From positions 23,188,001-23,252,000 of the forward strand of contig OX597842.1 of NCBI GenBank assembly GCA_951406725.2: a stretch of 64,000 nt of DNA. The letters are read 5' to 3'. The notes beneath the pieces were generated by a model, which worked only from the letters and a program-made list of their open reading frames with translations, was not told the DNA's origin and did not search any database. This DNA is from Octopus vulgaris (Eukaryota). The stretch's first letter is position 1; each line of letters begins with the position of its first letter. Shown in pieces: positions 27,164 to 40,254 of this stretch. The position numbers were made by a program, and so were the translations under genes.

Positions 27164-27540
27164 CTAGCAGTATCGCCCGGCGTTGCTCGGGTTTGTAAGG
27201 GAAATAACTATAAAGCATTTTTAGCAAAAATATTGAAAAATATTGAAAATAGCAAAAAAATTGAAAAAAAATTATGGTAAATTTATTTTTGAGAGTTAAA
27301 AGGGTGGAGTTGCGTCCCCTAGACAGTCTGTGGTTTGTGTTTCTGATTCTCGACCCCATGTCGAATTTATCGATTTTTTCAGAACTGGGGGAACTTTTCA
27401 AAATTTTCGCTGCGTTAGTTTTGAATTATGACATTGGGCTATGTGTGTGTCAAGTTTCATCAGAATCGGTTGAAAGCCGTGGTCAGGGTGAGGGTACAAC
27501 CTGACAGACACACAGAAAAACTGCCGTTTATATATAGAGA
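27164..27540 (-). mobile_element. Non-autonomous Helitron
   Basis: Minus strand: 5' TC start, 3' GC hairpin CCCGAGCAACGCCGGG then CTAG, between host A and T, no TSD. Confidence 0.75.
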
Positions 27541-28177
27541 TTTTTAGAGAGTTACTTCCCTTATGCCAAAAATGCGTTAAAAATGGTGAAAATTGATGGT
27601 AAATTTTTCTTTAAATCGTAGGCAATTTTCCGAGCCCCTCCCCCCCCCCGTTTGTCAACTCGCTTTTTTTTCGTCATATTCCTTCAATATACGATGCCTT
27701 ACACCTGTTACACATATTTTTTTCCATTTTTGCCACCTGGGCGTGGATCCTCTACGGTTGATCCTGGGAATTTTCCGAGCCCCCCACCCCCACCCCCGTT
27801 CGTCAGCGCCCTTTTTTTCCGTCTTATTCCGTCAATATACGATGCCTTACAACTGTTACACATTTTAGTTTCCAGGTTGATCCTGGGAATTTTCCGAGCC
27901 CCCCCCTCCCACTCAGTAAATTATAAGGAAACAAGACAGGGGCGTGAATTATTCGAAACTCTTCCATATCCCACCGTCTCCGAGTTTTACACAAATAATT
28001 CGTAAATTCGTATATAATCGTAATCTACACAATCTGAAAAGTATTATCATCGTAATCTACATCACCAGAAATCTAGTAATAGAAAATTTTGAATTACCGT
28101 AAAGCCACAAAATCTTCCAACGATTTAATTCATACCACATGTAACACTCGAACCAGAGGTGTTTTTGAAATGTCCAC

Positions 28178-29012
28178 GTGCGCACACCCGCGCTAGCTAG
28201 TCGTGATTAGTCGATCCTACAACGACTGCCTAGCGCATGTGCGCGTATGCAAATTAATATTTGGGTTGTTTTTTTTTAAACAAAATAAATAATTTTTACA
28301 GAAAATAACTTCTTTTACACAAAGTAAATAATAGATGGGGATCTTTTCGGTTTCAACGGCAGTTTTTTCTAGCGGTGTCATATGAAATTGTCACCCATAA
28401 TTATGACCCGAGTATCGATCTATTGCATTTCAATCTATTTTAGGGTTAGGGTTAGAGGGAAGGGTATCTTTTTTTATACACAAATGTAGATAAACCCAGT
28501 CTGTTTCTTAAACGAGGGACATATTCATACGGCAAAGAATGTTTTTTAGCTCTATGGACGTCATTGATTAGTTGAAATTGCAGAAATTGAAGGAAAAAAA
28601 CCCCAAATATCTTACAAACTAAAGAATTTTCTCAATAAAGCCAAGAGAAAAAGATGTTTTAAAAACACAATCTACCAGTATACGAAGTTTAAAAGTGTTT
28701 AGTTACGTGGAAATTATGTTAAAAACTGCCGTTCAAACCGAAAAGATCCATAGATGGATTTTTTTGAAACAAAATAAATAATTTTTACACAAAGTAAATA
28801 ATTTTTTTTAAACAAATAAAAACACAAAGTAAATTTTTAAAACAAAATAAATAAATTTTTCTAAACAAATTAAATAAAAATAACACACTACGGGTGTAAA
28901 GAAATTATTTATTTTGTTTAAAAAAAAACATTAATTTGCATACGCGCACTCGCGCTAGGTACTCATTATAGGATCGACTAATCACGACTAGCCACCGCGG
29001 ATGCGTGCACCG
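28178..29012. mobile_element. Inverted-repeat element (CTAGTCGTGATTAGTCGATCCT family) with nested MITE
   Basis: 28178-28295 is inverted relative to 28900-29012. Relatives at 55570-55645 and 55810-56025. Confidence 0.65.
28339..28749. mobile_element. Merlin-like MITE
   Basis: GGATCTTTTCGG...CCGAAAAGATCC TIRs and perfect 8-bp TSD ATAGATGG. Confidence 0.85.
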
Positions 29013-29274
29013 GGAGCACTCATCTTAAACAGTACTCCGTTAAAACTATATGGGGTGTTTGTAATCGACTTTCTGCTCGCCTCAAACATTGCTGGTCCTG
29101 GGCCAAAATTGAAAACCATCACCATCATCATTACTATTATTAATATAACCTTCAAGTAAGTCTTTATCAACTCACCAATTACTTAGTGTCTCATTAACAA
29201 ACAAGACAACACTAATTAATGTGGTTTTCTCTGATCGGTTTCCTCTCATTTTACTAATTAATTATGCTACATTA

Positions 29275-29499
29275 TATATATATATATATATATATACTCT
29301 TTTACTTGTTTCAGTCATTTGACTGCGGCCATGCTGGAGCACCGCCTTTAATCGAGCAACTCGATCCCGGGACTTATTCTTTTGTAAGCCCAGTACTTAT
29401 TCTATCGGTCTGTTTCGGCCGAACCGCTAAGTAACGGGGACATAAACACACCAGCATCGGTTGTCAAGCAATGCTACGGGGACAAACACAGACACACAA

Positions 29500-29544
<45 letters not shown>

Positions 29545-29730
29545 TACATATATACGTATATATATATACATATATACATATACACGACAGGCTTCTTTCA
29601 GTTTCCGTCTACCAAATCCACTCACAAGGCTTTGGTCGGCCCGGGGCTATAGTAGAAGACACTCGCCCAAGGTGCCACGCAGTGGGACTGAACCCGGAAC
29701 CATGTGGTTGGTAAACAAGCTACTTACCAC
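29275..29730 (-). mobile_element. CORE-type SINE (family 2)
   Basis: 16-bp TSD TAATTATGCTACATTA (29259-29274, 29731-29746). Confidence 0.9.
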
Positions 29731-30080
29731 TAATTATGCTACATTACTCTCATTTTACCAACGAATTTCCTTTATATTACATGTAATTCTCATAAACAAC
29801 AGGTCGACATTTCAGTTAAGAATTTATTAATTAGGATGAGGAAATATATTTTCCTAATGCTGTTTTGTTTTCGCTTCGAAAAATAATTACTTTAACATCG
29901 AGAGGTTCACATAATTCTGTCATTTACATTATTATCATTATCACCATTACAACCTTAAAGTATATCTTTGTCAACTTACCGTATTCAGATACAAACAACG
30001 AGTCAGTGGTCAGTAATTAAAAACCTTAATTGATAATTTAAATGGCGCTTGTTTCAAGTGTTGCAGCAGTTATTTCCCTT

Positions 30081-30704
30081 CCTCTATCTATCCGCTCAGT
30101 CGAAGTCGACTCTCGGTCACTCGTTGGATCAGTGTCAGTTCTATCCTAGGCCGCTTCCTTCAGATTGGCCATGTCCATTCCGGTATCACTCTTGATGGTG
30201 TCAAGCCAGCGGGTTCTTGGTCGGCCTCTTCCTCTCTTGCCACTGACCATTCCAAGCATGATGTCCTTCTCCAGGGATTTTCTCTGCATAATATGACCGA
30301 AATATGCCAATCTATGCTCGGTGATCCAAGCTTCTAGCAACATTTTTGGCCTGATCTGCTTAAGAATTTCTCCATTGACCAGCACCGTGTATATATATAT
30401 CTATTTATCTATCCGTTCAGTCGAAGTCGACTATCGGTCACTCGTTGGATCAGTGTCCTCCAGTCAGTTCTATCCTTTCAGATTGGCCATGTCCATTCTG
30501 GTATCACTCTTGATGGTGTCAAGCCAGCGGGTTCTTGGTCGGCCTCTTCCTCTCTTGTCACTGACCATTCCAAGCATGATGTCCTTCTACAGGGATTTTC
30601 TCTGCATAATATGACCGAAATATGCCAATCTATGCTTGATGGTCCAAGCTTCTAGCGACATTTTCGGCCTGATCTGATTAAGAATTTCTCCATTGACCAG
30701 CACC

Positions 30705-30746
<42 letters not shown>

Positions 30747-31173
30747 CTATCCGCTCAGTCGAAGTCGACTCTCGGTCACTCGTTGGATCAGTGTCCTCCA
30801 GTCAGTTCTATCCTGGGCCGCTTCTTTCAGATTGGCTATGTCCATTCCGGTATCACTCTTGATGGTGTCAAGCCAGCGGGTTCTTGGTCGGCCTCTTCCT
30901 CTCTTGCCACTGACCATTTCAAGCATGATGTCCTTCTCCAGGGATTTTCTCTGCATAATATGACCGAAATCTGCCAATCTACGCTTGGTGATCCCAGCTT
31001 CTAGCGACATTTTCGGCCTGATCTGATTAAGAACTTCTCCATTGGTGAGCCTCGCTGTCCATGGAATCCGCAAAAGTCTTCTCCAACACCAAAGCTCGAA
31101 TGCATTAATTCTCTTCTGGTCAGCTTTCTTTAGTGTCCAGGTCTCGCATCCATATGTTGCTATTGGGAAGACA
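30081..31173 (-). mobile_element. RTE (BovB-like) LINE 3' end, three tandem 3' termini
   Basis: RIPWTARLTN...FGHIMQRKSLEKDIMLGMVSGKRGRGRPRTRWLD, (TAGA)n tails and 9-bp TSD ATTTCCCTT (30072-30080, 31174-31182). Confidence 0.9.
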
Positions 31174-31399
31174 ATTTCCCTTTATATGATTGTATTTTTT
31201 TAATTCTCCAATAGATGGCTCTACTAACTGGTTGGATTTATTTCAGTCTTTTACTTTGTCTAATTCTGTGAACAACTTCACCATCACATTTCCACCAAGT
31301 GATTCGAAGAAGGTCTAGTCAAGACACATCTCCGTATAAGATCACCCGAAAAATTGTTGGGTACAAACACAGAGCTCACAGCAAAAGAAAACAACTTTG

Positions 31400-31813
31400 G
31401 GATCTTTTCGGTTTGAACGGCAGATTTTTCCAGCGGTGTCATATGAAATTGTCTCCCATAATTATGACCTTAGTATCGATCTATTGCATTTCAATCTCCT
31501 TTAGGGTTAGGGGTGGGGGAAAGGGTATATTTTTTTTCTTCACAAATGTAAATAAACCCAATCTGTTTCTTAAACGAGGGGCATATTCATACGGCACAGA
31601 ATGTTTTCACCTCAATAGACGTCAGTGATTGGTTGAAATTGCAGAAATTGAAGTAAAACAACAACAAATATGTTACAAACTATAGAATTTTCTCAATAAA
31701 GCCAAGAAAAAAAGATGTTTTATATACACATTCTACCAGTATACAAAGTTTAAAAGTGTTTAGTTACATGGAAATTATTTTAAAAAAAGCTGCCAGTCAA
31801 ACCGAACAGATCC
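31400..31813. mobile_element. Merlin-like MITE
   Basis: Full-length match to 28339-28749; TSD not clear. Confidence 0.8.
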
Positions 31814-32883
31814 GACTATACAACACATTGCCCACAAATGCAGGAACCATGTTCAGGGTAGTTAATTTAATTCATAGGGTTTCTCCCTTTCAAATGTCCC
31901 CCTCGTCAGCCTTAATTTTATTTTCTTCACTATTGCATATATTGTTGTCCATTTTGATTTCATCAGCATCAACTTGGATGTCGTCCCCCTAAAACAGAAA
32001 AAGGATCTTCACCTTTTGACCTACATATTTCAAAAATACTTTTTGTAACTAAACACTTTCAAACTTAGGACACTTGTAGAATGTGTCATATAAAACGTGT
32101 TTTACTCTTAGCATTTTTGAGAAAAACTTGGATACACGATGTGTGACTGGAAATCGTACTTGCAACCTTACGATTGGAGGCGTATACTCTACCGACTAGG
32201 GAGCCATATACTCTAGCCACTTCACAGTGAAATGAGTGGAAAACGGCTAAGTATTTAGAGAAATGTTGAATCGATTCATCTCTATACAGAATGTTGTAAA
32301 AGTTTCAATGCCTCAATGGATTCTGACCCCTGCAAACATAGACATTAAATGGATGACAGTGTTGATGTTGTAAGATTTGCAATGTTGAATTACTATGTCG
32401 TTTAATGATTCTCTTTATCTCACTGCTTCTTTTTCTATTTCAGAATATCACATCATGTTGACGTAAAAGAAATTTCTTCGTTCAGACATGCCCCTGATAT
32501 TTCTGTTGACTTTCATCAATTAAAGGAAGACCATATATTCATAAGGCACATTCATCAACGCATCGACTTCTTTGTATAAATGAAATCTTCAACAAACGAT
32601 GGGAAAATATTTCTTCTGGACAATGTAATTAACAGCAACATTTACTTGCCTTCACTGTTTGGAATGTAAAAAAGGTGATTGCTTGGTTAATTAAGCTTGG
32701 ATAAATTTACAAAAGTTTTAACTGTTTACATATGCCGTTTTAGATGTTAAGCAAGAACACGCACGAAAGACACATAGTGTTAAATTATTCTCTGAAAATA
32801 CTGACACAACTGGACACAGATATATTCATAGAATTGAAAAAATCATTATCATTGTGTTACGTATGAGAAATTAGTATCTCATA

Positions 32884-34104
32884 ATGAATGATTTAAGAAA
32901 ACCAAACAAACCTGATTCAGGTGAGAAGCCATATCACTGTGATACCTTTGGTAAAACATTCACTGAAGAAACAGTCTTAACCAAACACAAATGCATTGAT
33001 ACAGGAGAGAAATCACATCACTGTGATATCTGTGGTAAATCATTCTCTAAAAATAGTCATTTGACTCGTCACAAACATATTCATACTGGAAACAAAGCAT
33101 ATCACTGTGATGTCTGTGGTAAATCATTTTCCCAAAATTGTCACTTGATTAATCACATACGTATTCATACAGGGGAAAGACCATATCGTTGTGATATCTG
33201 TGGTGAATCATTTTCTCAAAGGAGTCACTTGACTAAACACAAGCTTACACATACAGGAGAGAAAGCATATCATTGTAATATTTGCGGTAAATCATTCTCT
33301 CAAAGTAGTTCTTTGACTAGTCACAAACGTACACATACAGGAGAGAAGCCATATCATTGCAATATCTGTGGCAAATCATTCTCTCGAAGTAGTGACTTAT
33401 ATAGACACAAACGTACACATACAGGAGAAAAACCATATCATTGTGACTTCTGTGGTAAATCATTTTCTGAAAGTGGTCACTTGACTAATCACATACGTGT
33501 TCATACAGGTGAGAAGCCATATCATTGTGATATCTGTGGTGAATCATTTTCTCATAATAACTCTTTCACTTATCACAAACGTGTTCATACAGGTGAGAAG
33601 CCATATCATTGTAACATCTGTGGTAAATCTTTCTTTCTAAATAGTAACTTAACAACACACAAACGTATTCATACAGGAGAGAAGCCATATCATTGTGATA
33701 TCTGTGATAAATCATTCTCTAGAAATAATCATTTGACTCGTCACAAACATATTCATACTGGAGAAAAACCATATCTTTGTGATATCTGTGATAAATCATT
33801 TTCATGTAATAGTGACTTGAGTAAACATAAACGTATCCATACTGGGGAAAAGCCATATCAGTGTGATATCTGTGGTAAATCATTCTCTCATAGTACCACT
33901 TTAACTAGTCACAAACGTATTCATACAGGAGAGAAACCATATCAGTGTGATGTTTGCAGTGAATCATTTTCTCAAAATAACATTTTATCTAGTCACAAAA
34001 TTATTCATATAGGAGAAAAGCCATGTCATTGTAATATCTGTGGTAAATCATTCTCTCAAAAAAGCCACTTAAGTACACATGTGAGTATTCATACACAGGT
34101 GTAA
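32884..34104 (+). CDS. C2H2 zinc-finger protein (locus E), 13 fingers + 1 degenerate
   Basis: 406-aa intact ORF ending HTQV*. Acceptor AG at 32442-32443. Confidence 0.92.
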   Translation: MNDLRKPNKPDSGEKPYHCDTFGKTFTEETVLTKHKCIDTGEKSHHCDICGKSFSKNSHLTRHKHIHTGNKAYHCDVCGKSFSQNCHLINHIRIHTGERPYRCDICGESFSQRSHLTKHKLTHTGEKAYHCNICGKSFSQSSSLTSHKRTHTGEKPYHCNICGKSFSRSSDLYRHKRTHTGEKPYHCDFCGKSFSESGHLTNHIRVHTGEKPYHCDICGESFSHNNSFTYHKRVHTGEKPYHCNICGKSFFLNSNLTTHKRIHTGEKPYHCDICDKSFSRNNHLTRHKHIHTGEKPYLCDICDKSFSCNSDLSKHKRIHTGEKPYQCDICGKSFSHSTTLTSHKRIHTGEKPYQCDVCSESFSQNNILSSHKIIHIGEKPCHCNICGKSFSQKSHLSTHVSIHTQV

Positions 34105-34548
34105 CTGTATCAATATTAAAATTTATTAAAACATGACAACAATTATGAACATTTTGTCTGCTAAAAGACGGTTTATTCCTCTTCAAGCTTGATATTATCA
34201 ACTTCAGTTTCTTGGATGTCAAAATGAAATTCATGAATCACAACTTCAATATCATTTATATATCTGAGTATATCAACACAGAGATGACTTTGATTACTGA
34301 AGAGGATTGTGCTGGATTTTTGAGGAATTTGTTATGAGAGAATAAAGGAATGGGAATAAGGAATAAAAGTTTTAAGTGACATTGATTTTGTCTTTGTTAT
34401 GTTTTCATCATCATCCTCTAACATCCATTTTTAGCATCCATCTTCTATGCAGGCTTGGATGGGAAAGTGTGACATGAGCTGGCAAGCCAGAGTGCTGCTC
34501 CACGTTCCTGTCAGATTGGGCTTGATTTCTTTGGCTCTATGCCCTTAA

Positions 34549-34770
34549 CCCTTTCAATACCAACCCATGTGAAACCACCTCTGGCTCTGTAGTACAAATG
34601 TCTTGTTTTCATAAATTTTGAATTAAAATCTTCCACCAAACCTTAGTCACAATTTATGTTCCTAACACTAGCTTAATGATAATGAAGTTATTTTACTAAA
34701 TTCTTTGTTATATTTAAAATTAATTGAAGGAAACACAGAGCATCTCAACAGAAATATGGTAATGAAAGGG
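34549..34770. mobile_element. piggyBac-type MITE (paralogous insertion)
   Basis: TTAA TSD; same site as 9183. Confidence 0.85.
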
Positions 34771-35374
34771 TTAAGATACATGGCACATTTTATAAATATT
34801 CCTGTTCAAGAATCATAACAGTATCAAACAAGTAGTAGCGCTTTCAGTTGTGTATTTAATTTGATATATGTATTTGTGTGAACATGATATCAGTCTGACA
34901 ACTAAAATAATAGAAATCTTGTATTTTGAGTATTTTTTTGTATGAGGCAGAAGCATGGACTCCCTTCTACGAAGAAAGAGAAAAACTGAAATTTTTTCGC
35001 ATGTGGTGTTTGCACCACAACATATGCAACAAAATGGCAAGATAAGACATTAAATGTAAAAATTTTAGCAAAATGTAATAAGTCCAGTATCCAAGGCGTA
35101 CGGATGAGAATTCAGTGCAGATGGGTGCAGGAGATGTTTTCCAAAGACGAAATGATCGCATTCCAAATATTCTTCTGTAAGGCCAACAAGTGGCAGAGGA
35201 ACTAGTCTAGTCCCCGTGCCGGTGGCACGTAAAGAGCACCATCCAAGCGTGGTCGCTGCCAGACTCCTCTGGCACCTGTTGCTCGATTAAAGGCGGTGCT
35301 CCAGCATGGCCGCAGTCAAATGACTGAAACAAGTAAAAGAGTAACACTTTTGTTCCTGGTTAATTTAACGTATA

Positions 35375-35775
35375 TATTTCTTTACTGGCCATAAGGGGCT
35401 AAACATACAGGGAACAAAGGGATTAAGTCGATTACATTGACCCCAGTGCGAAACTGGTACTTTATTTGTAGACCCCGAAAGGATGAGAGGCAAAGTCAAC
35501 CATGGCGGAATTTGAACTCAGAACGTAACGGCAGACGAAATACCTATTTCTTTACTACCCACAAGGGGCTAAACACAGAGGGAACAAACAAGGACAGACA
35601 AAGGGATTAAGTCAGTTACATCAACCCCAGTGCGTAACTGGTACTTAATTTATTGACCACGAAAGGATGAAAGGCAAAGTCGACCTCGGCGGAATTTGAA
35701 CTCAGAACGTAACGACAGACGAAATACTGGTAAGCGATTCGCCCAGCGCACTAACGTGTCTGCCAGCTTGCCGCT
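35375..35775 (-). mobile_element. Family-1 SINE with partial duplication
   Basis: Inverted paralog of 6656-7057. Confidence 0.85.
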
Positions 35776-35800
35776 TTTTTTAATTTTACGTATAGCTTAA

Positions 35801-36000
35801 GGTGCAGGCTCAGTGGTTAGAGCGTGGAGCTTACGATCATGAGGTTGTGAGTTCAAATCCCGGACCGGGCTGCGTGTTGTGTTCTTGAGAAAGACACTTT
35901 ATTTCACATTGCTCCAATTCACTCAGCTGCAGAAATGAGTTGCGACATAACAGGTGCCAAGCTGTATCGGCCCCTTTGCCTTAACCCTTGGATAACACTG
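35801..36000 (+). mobile_element. tRNA-derived SINE (family 3)
   Basis: GCTCAGTGGTTAGAGCG A-box and GAGTTCAAATCC B-box, followed by a non-tRNA body. Confidence 0.75.
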
Positions 36001-36331
36001 GTATGCATGGGTGATTGCTGGTCTTCCGTAAACAACCTCGCCCAGGATTGTGCCTGGGAGGGTATCTTTCGAGGTGCAATTCCATGGTCTGTGTCGTGAC
36101 CGAAGTGGTCTCAAGTTCCACAACATGGTGGGAGATAGAAAGGGTGGGTCATGATGAGTATTCCAGATAACATCTCAGTGGATAGAATGCGACGTCACAT
36201 GTGGGATATTCAAAGTGTAATTAGCTTTAATGATAACAAAGTGGGGGGCGGCCCCATGACACTGTGTATATTTCAATGGAAGCATCCTCACCACAACTGA
36301 ATGGATGGTTATGAAACAATAGAGGGGCAGT

Positions 36332-37078
36332 CATTGTTAATCGTCTGGAAGCCTTTCAGCAACATGCAACCAAGAGAATACCCTCCATCAGGCATTTGCC
36401 ATATTCTGAAAGCCTTACTTCCCTGGGCATAGATACATTGAAACTCTGACTTGGCAGATACCCATAAAATTATTAACCATCTTACTAACAATAAGTCTGA
36501 GCACCTTTTCAAACTCCACCCATCTAACACCCATGGACATGTTTACAAAGCCAGAAAACAGCACAGCTCCCATGACTTTTGGAAACATTTTAGAATACCC
36601 TCCATCAGGCATTTGCTATATTCTAAATGCCTTACTTCCCTGGGCATGGACACATTGAAACTCCGTCTGGCAGCTAACTTGGCAGACACCCATAAAATTA
36701 TCAACCATCTTACAAACAATAACTCTGAGTACCTTTTCAAACTCCACCTGTGAACATGTTTACAAAGTCAGAAAACAACACAGCTCCCATGACTTTCGGA
36801 AACATTTTTTCACGCTAAGAGTTTCTGAAGTATAGAACAAAACGCTGGCATCAGTTGTTAGTTGTCGGAGCACTGCATCCTTCAAAACTTCCATGCTTCC
36901 TGAGATTCGCCAACACTACACCTGACTTTCTCCCCTCCATACACATGCAAGCATCTATCTGACTCATACACTGTTCGCTTCCCAGACATTTGTACATTAC
37001 TGCATATGCTTTATACGCACTTTTGACAAGGTGTGGTGCACCTGAGCACTGTATACAATAATTTCATTATTATTATTA
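36332..37078 (+). mobile_element. CR1-clade LINE 3' end with internal duplication
   Basis: Inverted paralog of 5320-6080; (ATT)n tail. Confidence 0.8.
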
Positions 37079-37532
37079 GATCAGGGGGAAGTGTGGAGGA
37101 ATGATAGTGACCAGAATGTAAGGAAGTGAAGGACCGGAAGTGGAAAAACATGATGTCATGTATCTTACTTTCCCTTGCATTTCCCTCTGGCTGAGTAGAC
37201 CTGTATCTCCCCTATAGCAGCAGACATGGGTGGCATACGACATATTTACCTCTATACATATGTTGGCACAAACCGAAAAGGTCCTTATCCATTTTATAGT
37301 GGAGCGACTATCATGTTCTTAACATTAGGGTTACCATTTTATTGTGGAGCGTTGACTTAATGACACACTATAATTTCATCAGTATGAAAGAAAGAGGAGT
37401 CACCATCTTGTTCGTAACAACAAGAAAATAGAAGTTCATGAGACGTTTGTAATAAGTCATAACTTTTATCATTGGAGGTAATGTGTTAACATGCAAGGTT
37501 AACTGAAGGAAAGCTTAAAACATTACATGAAT

Positions 37533-37700
37533 ACCGTAAATCCTTGAGTATAATCCACACTTTTTTCCCCAAAATTTAAAGGTCAAAATCCCTAGTGCGT
37601 ACTATATACGAGGTTAAAAATGAAAAACATTTTCTAAGCAATGTCCGAGTCTCTGCTGTCCGGCAATGTTTAATTGATGCATTTTGTGATGTTTGGAGTG
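37533..37700 (+). mobile_element. pogo/Tigger-like TIR fragment
   Basis: TA-CCGTAAATCCTTGAGTATAATCC end resembles the pogo TIR at 3332. Paralog at 49960; partial inverted copy about 5150-5310. Confidence 0.55.
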
Positions 37701-38303
37701 AAAATACGTTAAGCTAAGCCTGAAAGCAATGAAGTCATAAAAGAATCATCCATAACTTGCAGTAAGCAACATTTATTAAAATAAAAGTATTCAGAACACA
37801 GAATAACATGTAACAAAAACAATTTGCAAACCTATTTACATTCCCATATAACAGTTAAGAACATCACCATTATTGTATTACGCATGCACGGAAGTGTTTG
37901 TTCGACTAGGTGCTGCTGGCTTTATTATGCATGGATTGTGCTTAATAGTTTAGCGCTAATAGTTCATCCTGCTGAATTTTTGGAAAGCATTCACTTTTCA
38001 TTTGAAAAACATGTCCTACCAATCTTCACTGAATTCTCATCAACATGCTTTGAATACTGGTCATATCACATTTTTCTAAGATTTTTTTACATTTGATGTC
38101 TTATTTTGCCATTTGGTTGCATATGCTGTGATGCAAACACCACATTTGAAAAGTTTGGAGATTTTTTATTTCCCTATAGAAGTGAGTCCCTGCTTCTACC
38201 CCAGACATAAATACACTCAAAATACGAGATTTGTATACACTTATTCTAGCTATCAGATTGACATCCTGTCCACACACATATATATATATATATATATCAA
38301 ATT

Positions 38304-38811
38304 ACAAAATAAGAAAATGGAGGAATAGATTTCTTTCAATCATCAACTACTAGATAATACCAATTCATATAATTTATGAACTAATTATTTAGGAACATCC
38401 AGATCAAACAGAATAAAACAGTACACATCTATGAGTAAGATAATACCATAAGAACAATACATATAAATAAATATAAATATAAATATAAAATATGTTCTTA
38501 TGGTATTATATTACTCATTGATGTGTACTGTTTTATTCTGTTTGATTTGGATGTTCCTAAATAATTAGTTAATAAATTACATGAATTGGTATTATCTGGA
38601 AGTTGATGATTGGAAGAAATCTATTCCTTCATTTTCTTATTTTGTATTATGAATTTGAGGTAAAACATTTTACCTTCGCCCTTATAATACATGAATTAAT
38701 TGCATTGCAATTCTGAACATTTATGTATTAGCCTTTCTGGGTACTTTACTGGCAGTATATTGGATAAATGATATCCCATAGTGGGTTACACTCATAACCC
38801 CTATCTCACTT
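38304..38811. mobile_element. Asymmetric hairpin insert with ~13-bp TSD
   Basis: Arms about 38304-38457 and 38493-38646; ATATATCAAATTA flanks both sides. Empty site in B/E/G flanks. Paralogs at about 3085-4565 and 50724-51215. Confidence 0.75.
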
Positions 38812-38945
38812 TATATATCAAATTAAATACACAACTGAAAGCGTTACTACTAGTTTCATACAGTTACGATACTTGAACAGGAATATTTATAAAATGCGCC
38901 ATGTATCTTAAGAGCATATAACCAAATAATCGAAGCCAAACCCAC

Positions 38946-39190
38946 ATTTGACTGATATTTGTCCTCATCGTGTTGTTCACACAACGTTACAGCTGATATA
39001 TTCTCCAGCCTTCATCAGGTGTATTGGGGAAATTTTGAACCTGGGTTCTCATTCCTAAGGTATTGCCCCAAGACACCTGATGAAGGCTGGAGAGTATACC
39101 AGTTGAAATACTGTGTTAACAACAAGATGAGGACGAATATCAGTCTAAAGTAAATAATGTACATAATTCCTAATCTCTCAAATATAGAAC
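38946..39190. mobile_element. Penelope-like pLTR hairpin with two degenerate hammerhead motifs (paralog of 2707-2952)
   Basis: Plus: GACAC CTGATGA A GGCTGG AGAGTATA CCAGTT GAAA TACT GTGTT (39072-39117). Minus-strand copy at about 38978-39023. Confidence 0.65.
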
Positions 39191-39621
39191 TACACAATCC
39201 AGGTCTGACTGGAACACGGAGAAGCACTCTGACTTGCCAGCACCTGTCACACTTTCCCATCTATGATTGCAATGAAAATGGATGGTTAAGTATGATGATG
39301 ATGATGATGTTGATGATGAAAACACAACAAAGACAAAATCAATGTCACTTAAAACTTTTATTCCTTATTCCCATTCCTTTATTCTCTCATAAAAAATTCC
39401 TGAAAAATGCAGCACAATCATCTTCAGAAGTCAAAGTCATCTCTGTGTTGATATATTTAGATATATAAATGATATTGAAGTTGTGATTCATGAATTTCAT
39501 GTTGACATCCAAGAAACTGAAGTTGATAATGTCAAGCTTGAAGAGGAATAAACCCTGTCTTTTAGCAGACAAAATATTCATAATTGTTGTCCTGTTGTAA
39601 TAAATTTTGATATTGATACTG

Positions 39622-40254
39622 TTACACCTGTGTATGAATACTCACATGTGTACATAAGTGGCCTTTTTGAGAGAAAGATTTACCACATACATCACAATGA
39701 TATGGTTTCTCTCGTGTATGAATACGTTTATGGATAGTCAAGTCACTATTTCTAGAGAATGATTTGCCACAGATATTACAATGATATGCTTTCTCTCCTG
39801 TATGTGTATGTTTGTGATGAGTTAAATCACTATTTAGAGAAAATGATTTACCACAGATATCGCACTGATATGGTTTCTCTCCAGTATGGAGAAATTTGTG
39901 ACTAGTCAACTGACTATTTCTAGAGAATGATTTACCACAGATATTGCAATGAAATGGCTTCTCCCCTGTATGTGTATCTATGTGACCAGTCAAGGAACCA
40001 CTTCGAGAGAATGATTTACCACAGACATCACAGTGATATGTTTTGTCTCTAGTATGAATATGTTTGTGACGAGCCAAGTTACTATTTTCAGAGAATGATT
40101 TACCACAGATATTGCAATGAAATGGCTTCTCTCCTGTATGTGTACGTACATGACTAGTCAAGTGACTACTTTGAGAGAATGATTTACCACAGTTATCACA
40201 GTAATATGGCCTCTCACCTGAATCAGGTTTGTTTGGTTTTCTTAAATCATTCAT
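39622..40254 (-). CDS. C2H2 zinc-finger protein (locus F), 7 fingers
   Basis: 210-aa intact ORF ending HTQV*. Acceptor at 40669-40670. Confidence 0.9.
   Translation of the reverse strand: MNDLRKPNKPDSGERPYYCDNCGKSFSQSSHLTSHVRTHTGEKPFHCNICGKSFSENSNLARHKHIHTRDKTYHCDVCGKSFSRSGSLTGHIDTHTGEKPFHCNICGKSFSRNSQLTSHKFLHTGEKPYQCDICGKSFSLNSDLTHHKHTHTGEKAYHCNICGKSFSRNSDLTIHKRIHTREKPYHCDVCGKSFSQKGHLCTHVSIHTQV

Larger units (their letters stand above)
26440..27910. mobile_element. Degenerate foldback-like element with inverted GC-rich subrepeats
   Basis: 26444-26578 is inverted relative to 27617-27905. Subrepeat resembles that of 13106-15024. Confidence 0.6.

Noticed and set aside
28440-28460. TTAGGG repeats (also 31501, 56793, 62155)
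   Set aside because: Only 1-3 units inside MITE bodies; not interstitial telomeric arrays.
35801-35875. tRNA-like sequence (also 47835, and 32145-32205 on the minus strand)
   Set aside because: A/B boxes present but no proper acceptor stem; 35801 and 47835 continue into a SINE body, so these are SINE heads, not tRNA genes.
38597-38628. GGAAG-TTGATGA-TTGGAA-GAAA-TCTA-TTCC hammerhead-like string
   Set aside because: Core starts with U rather than C in all copies and there is no credible stem II; probably chance.
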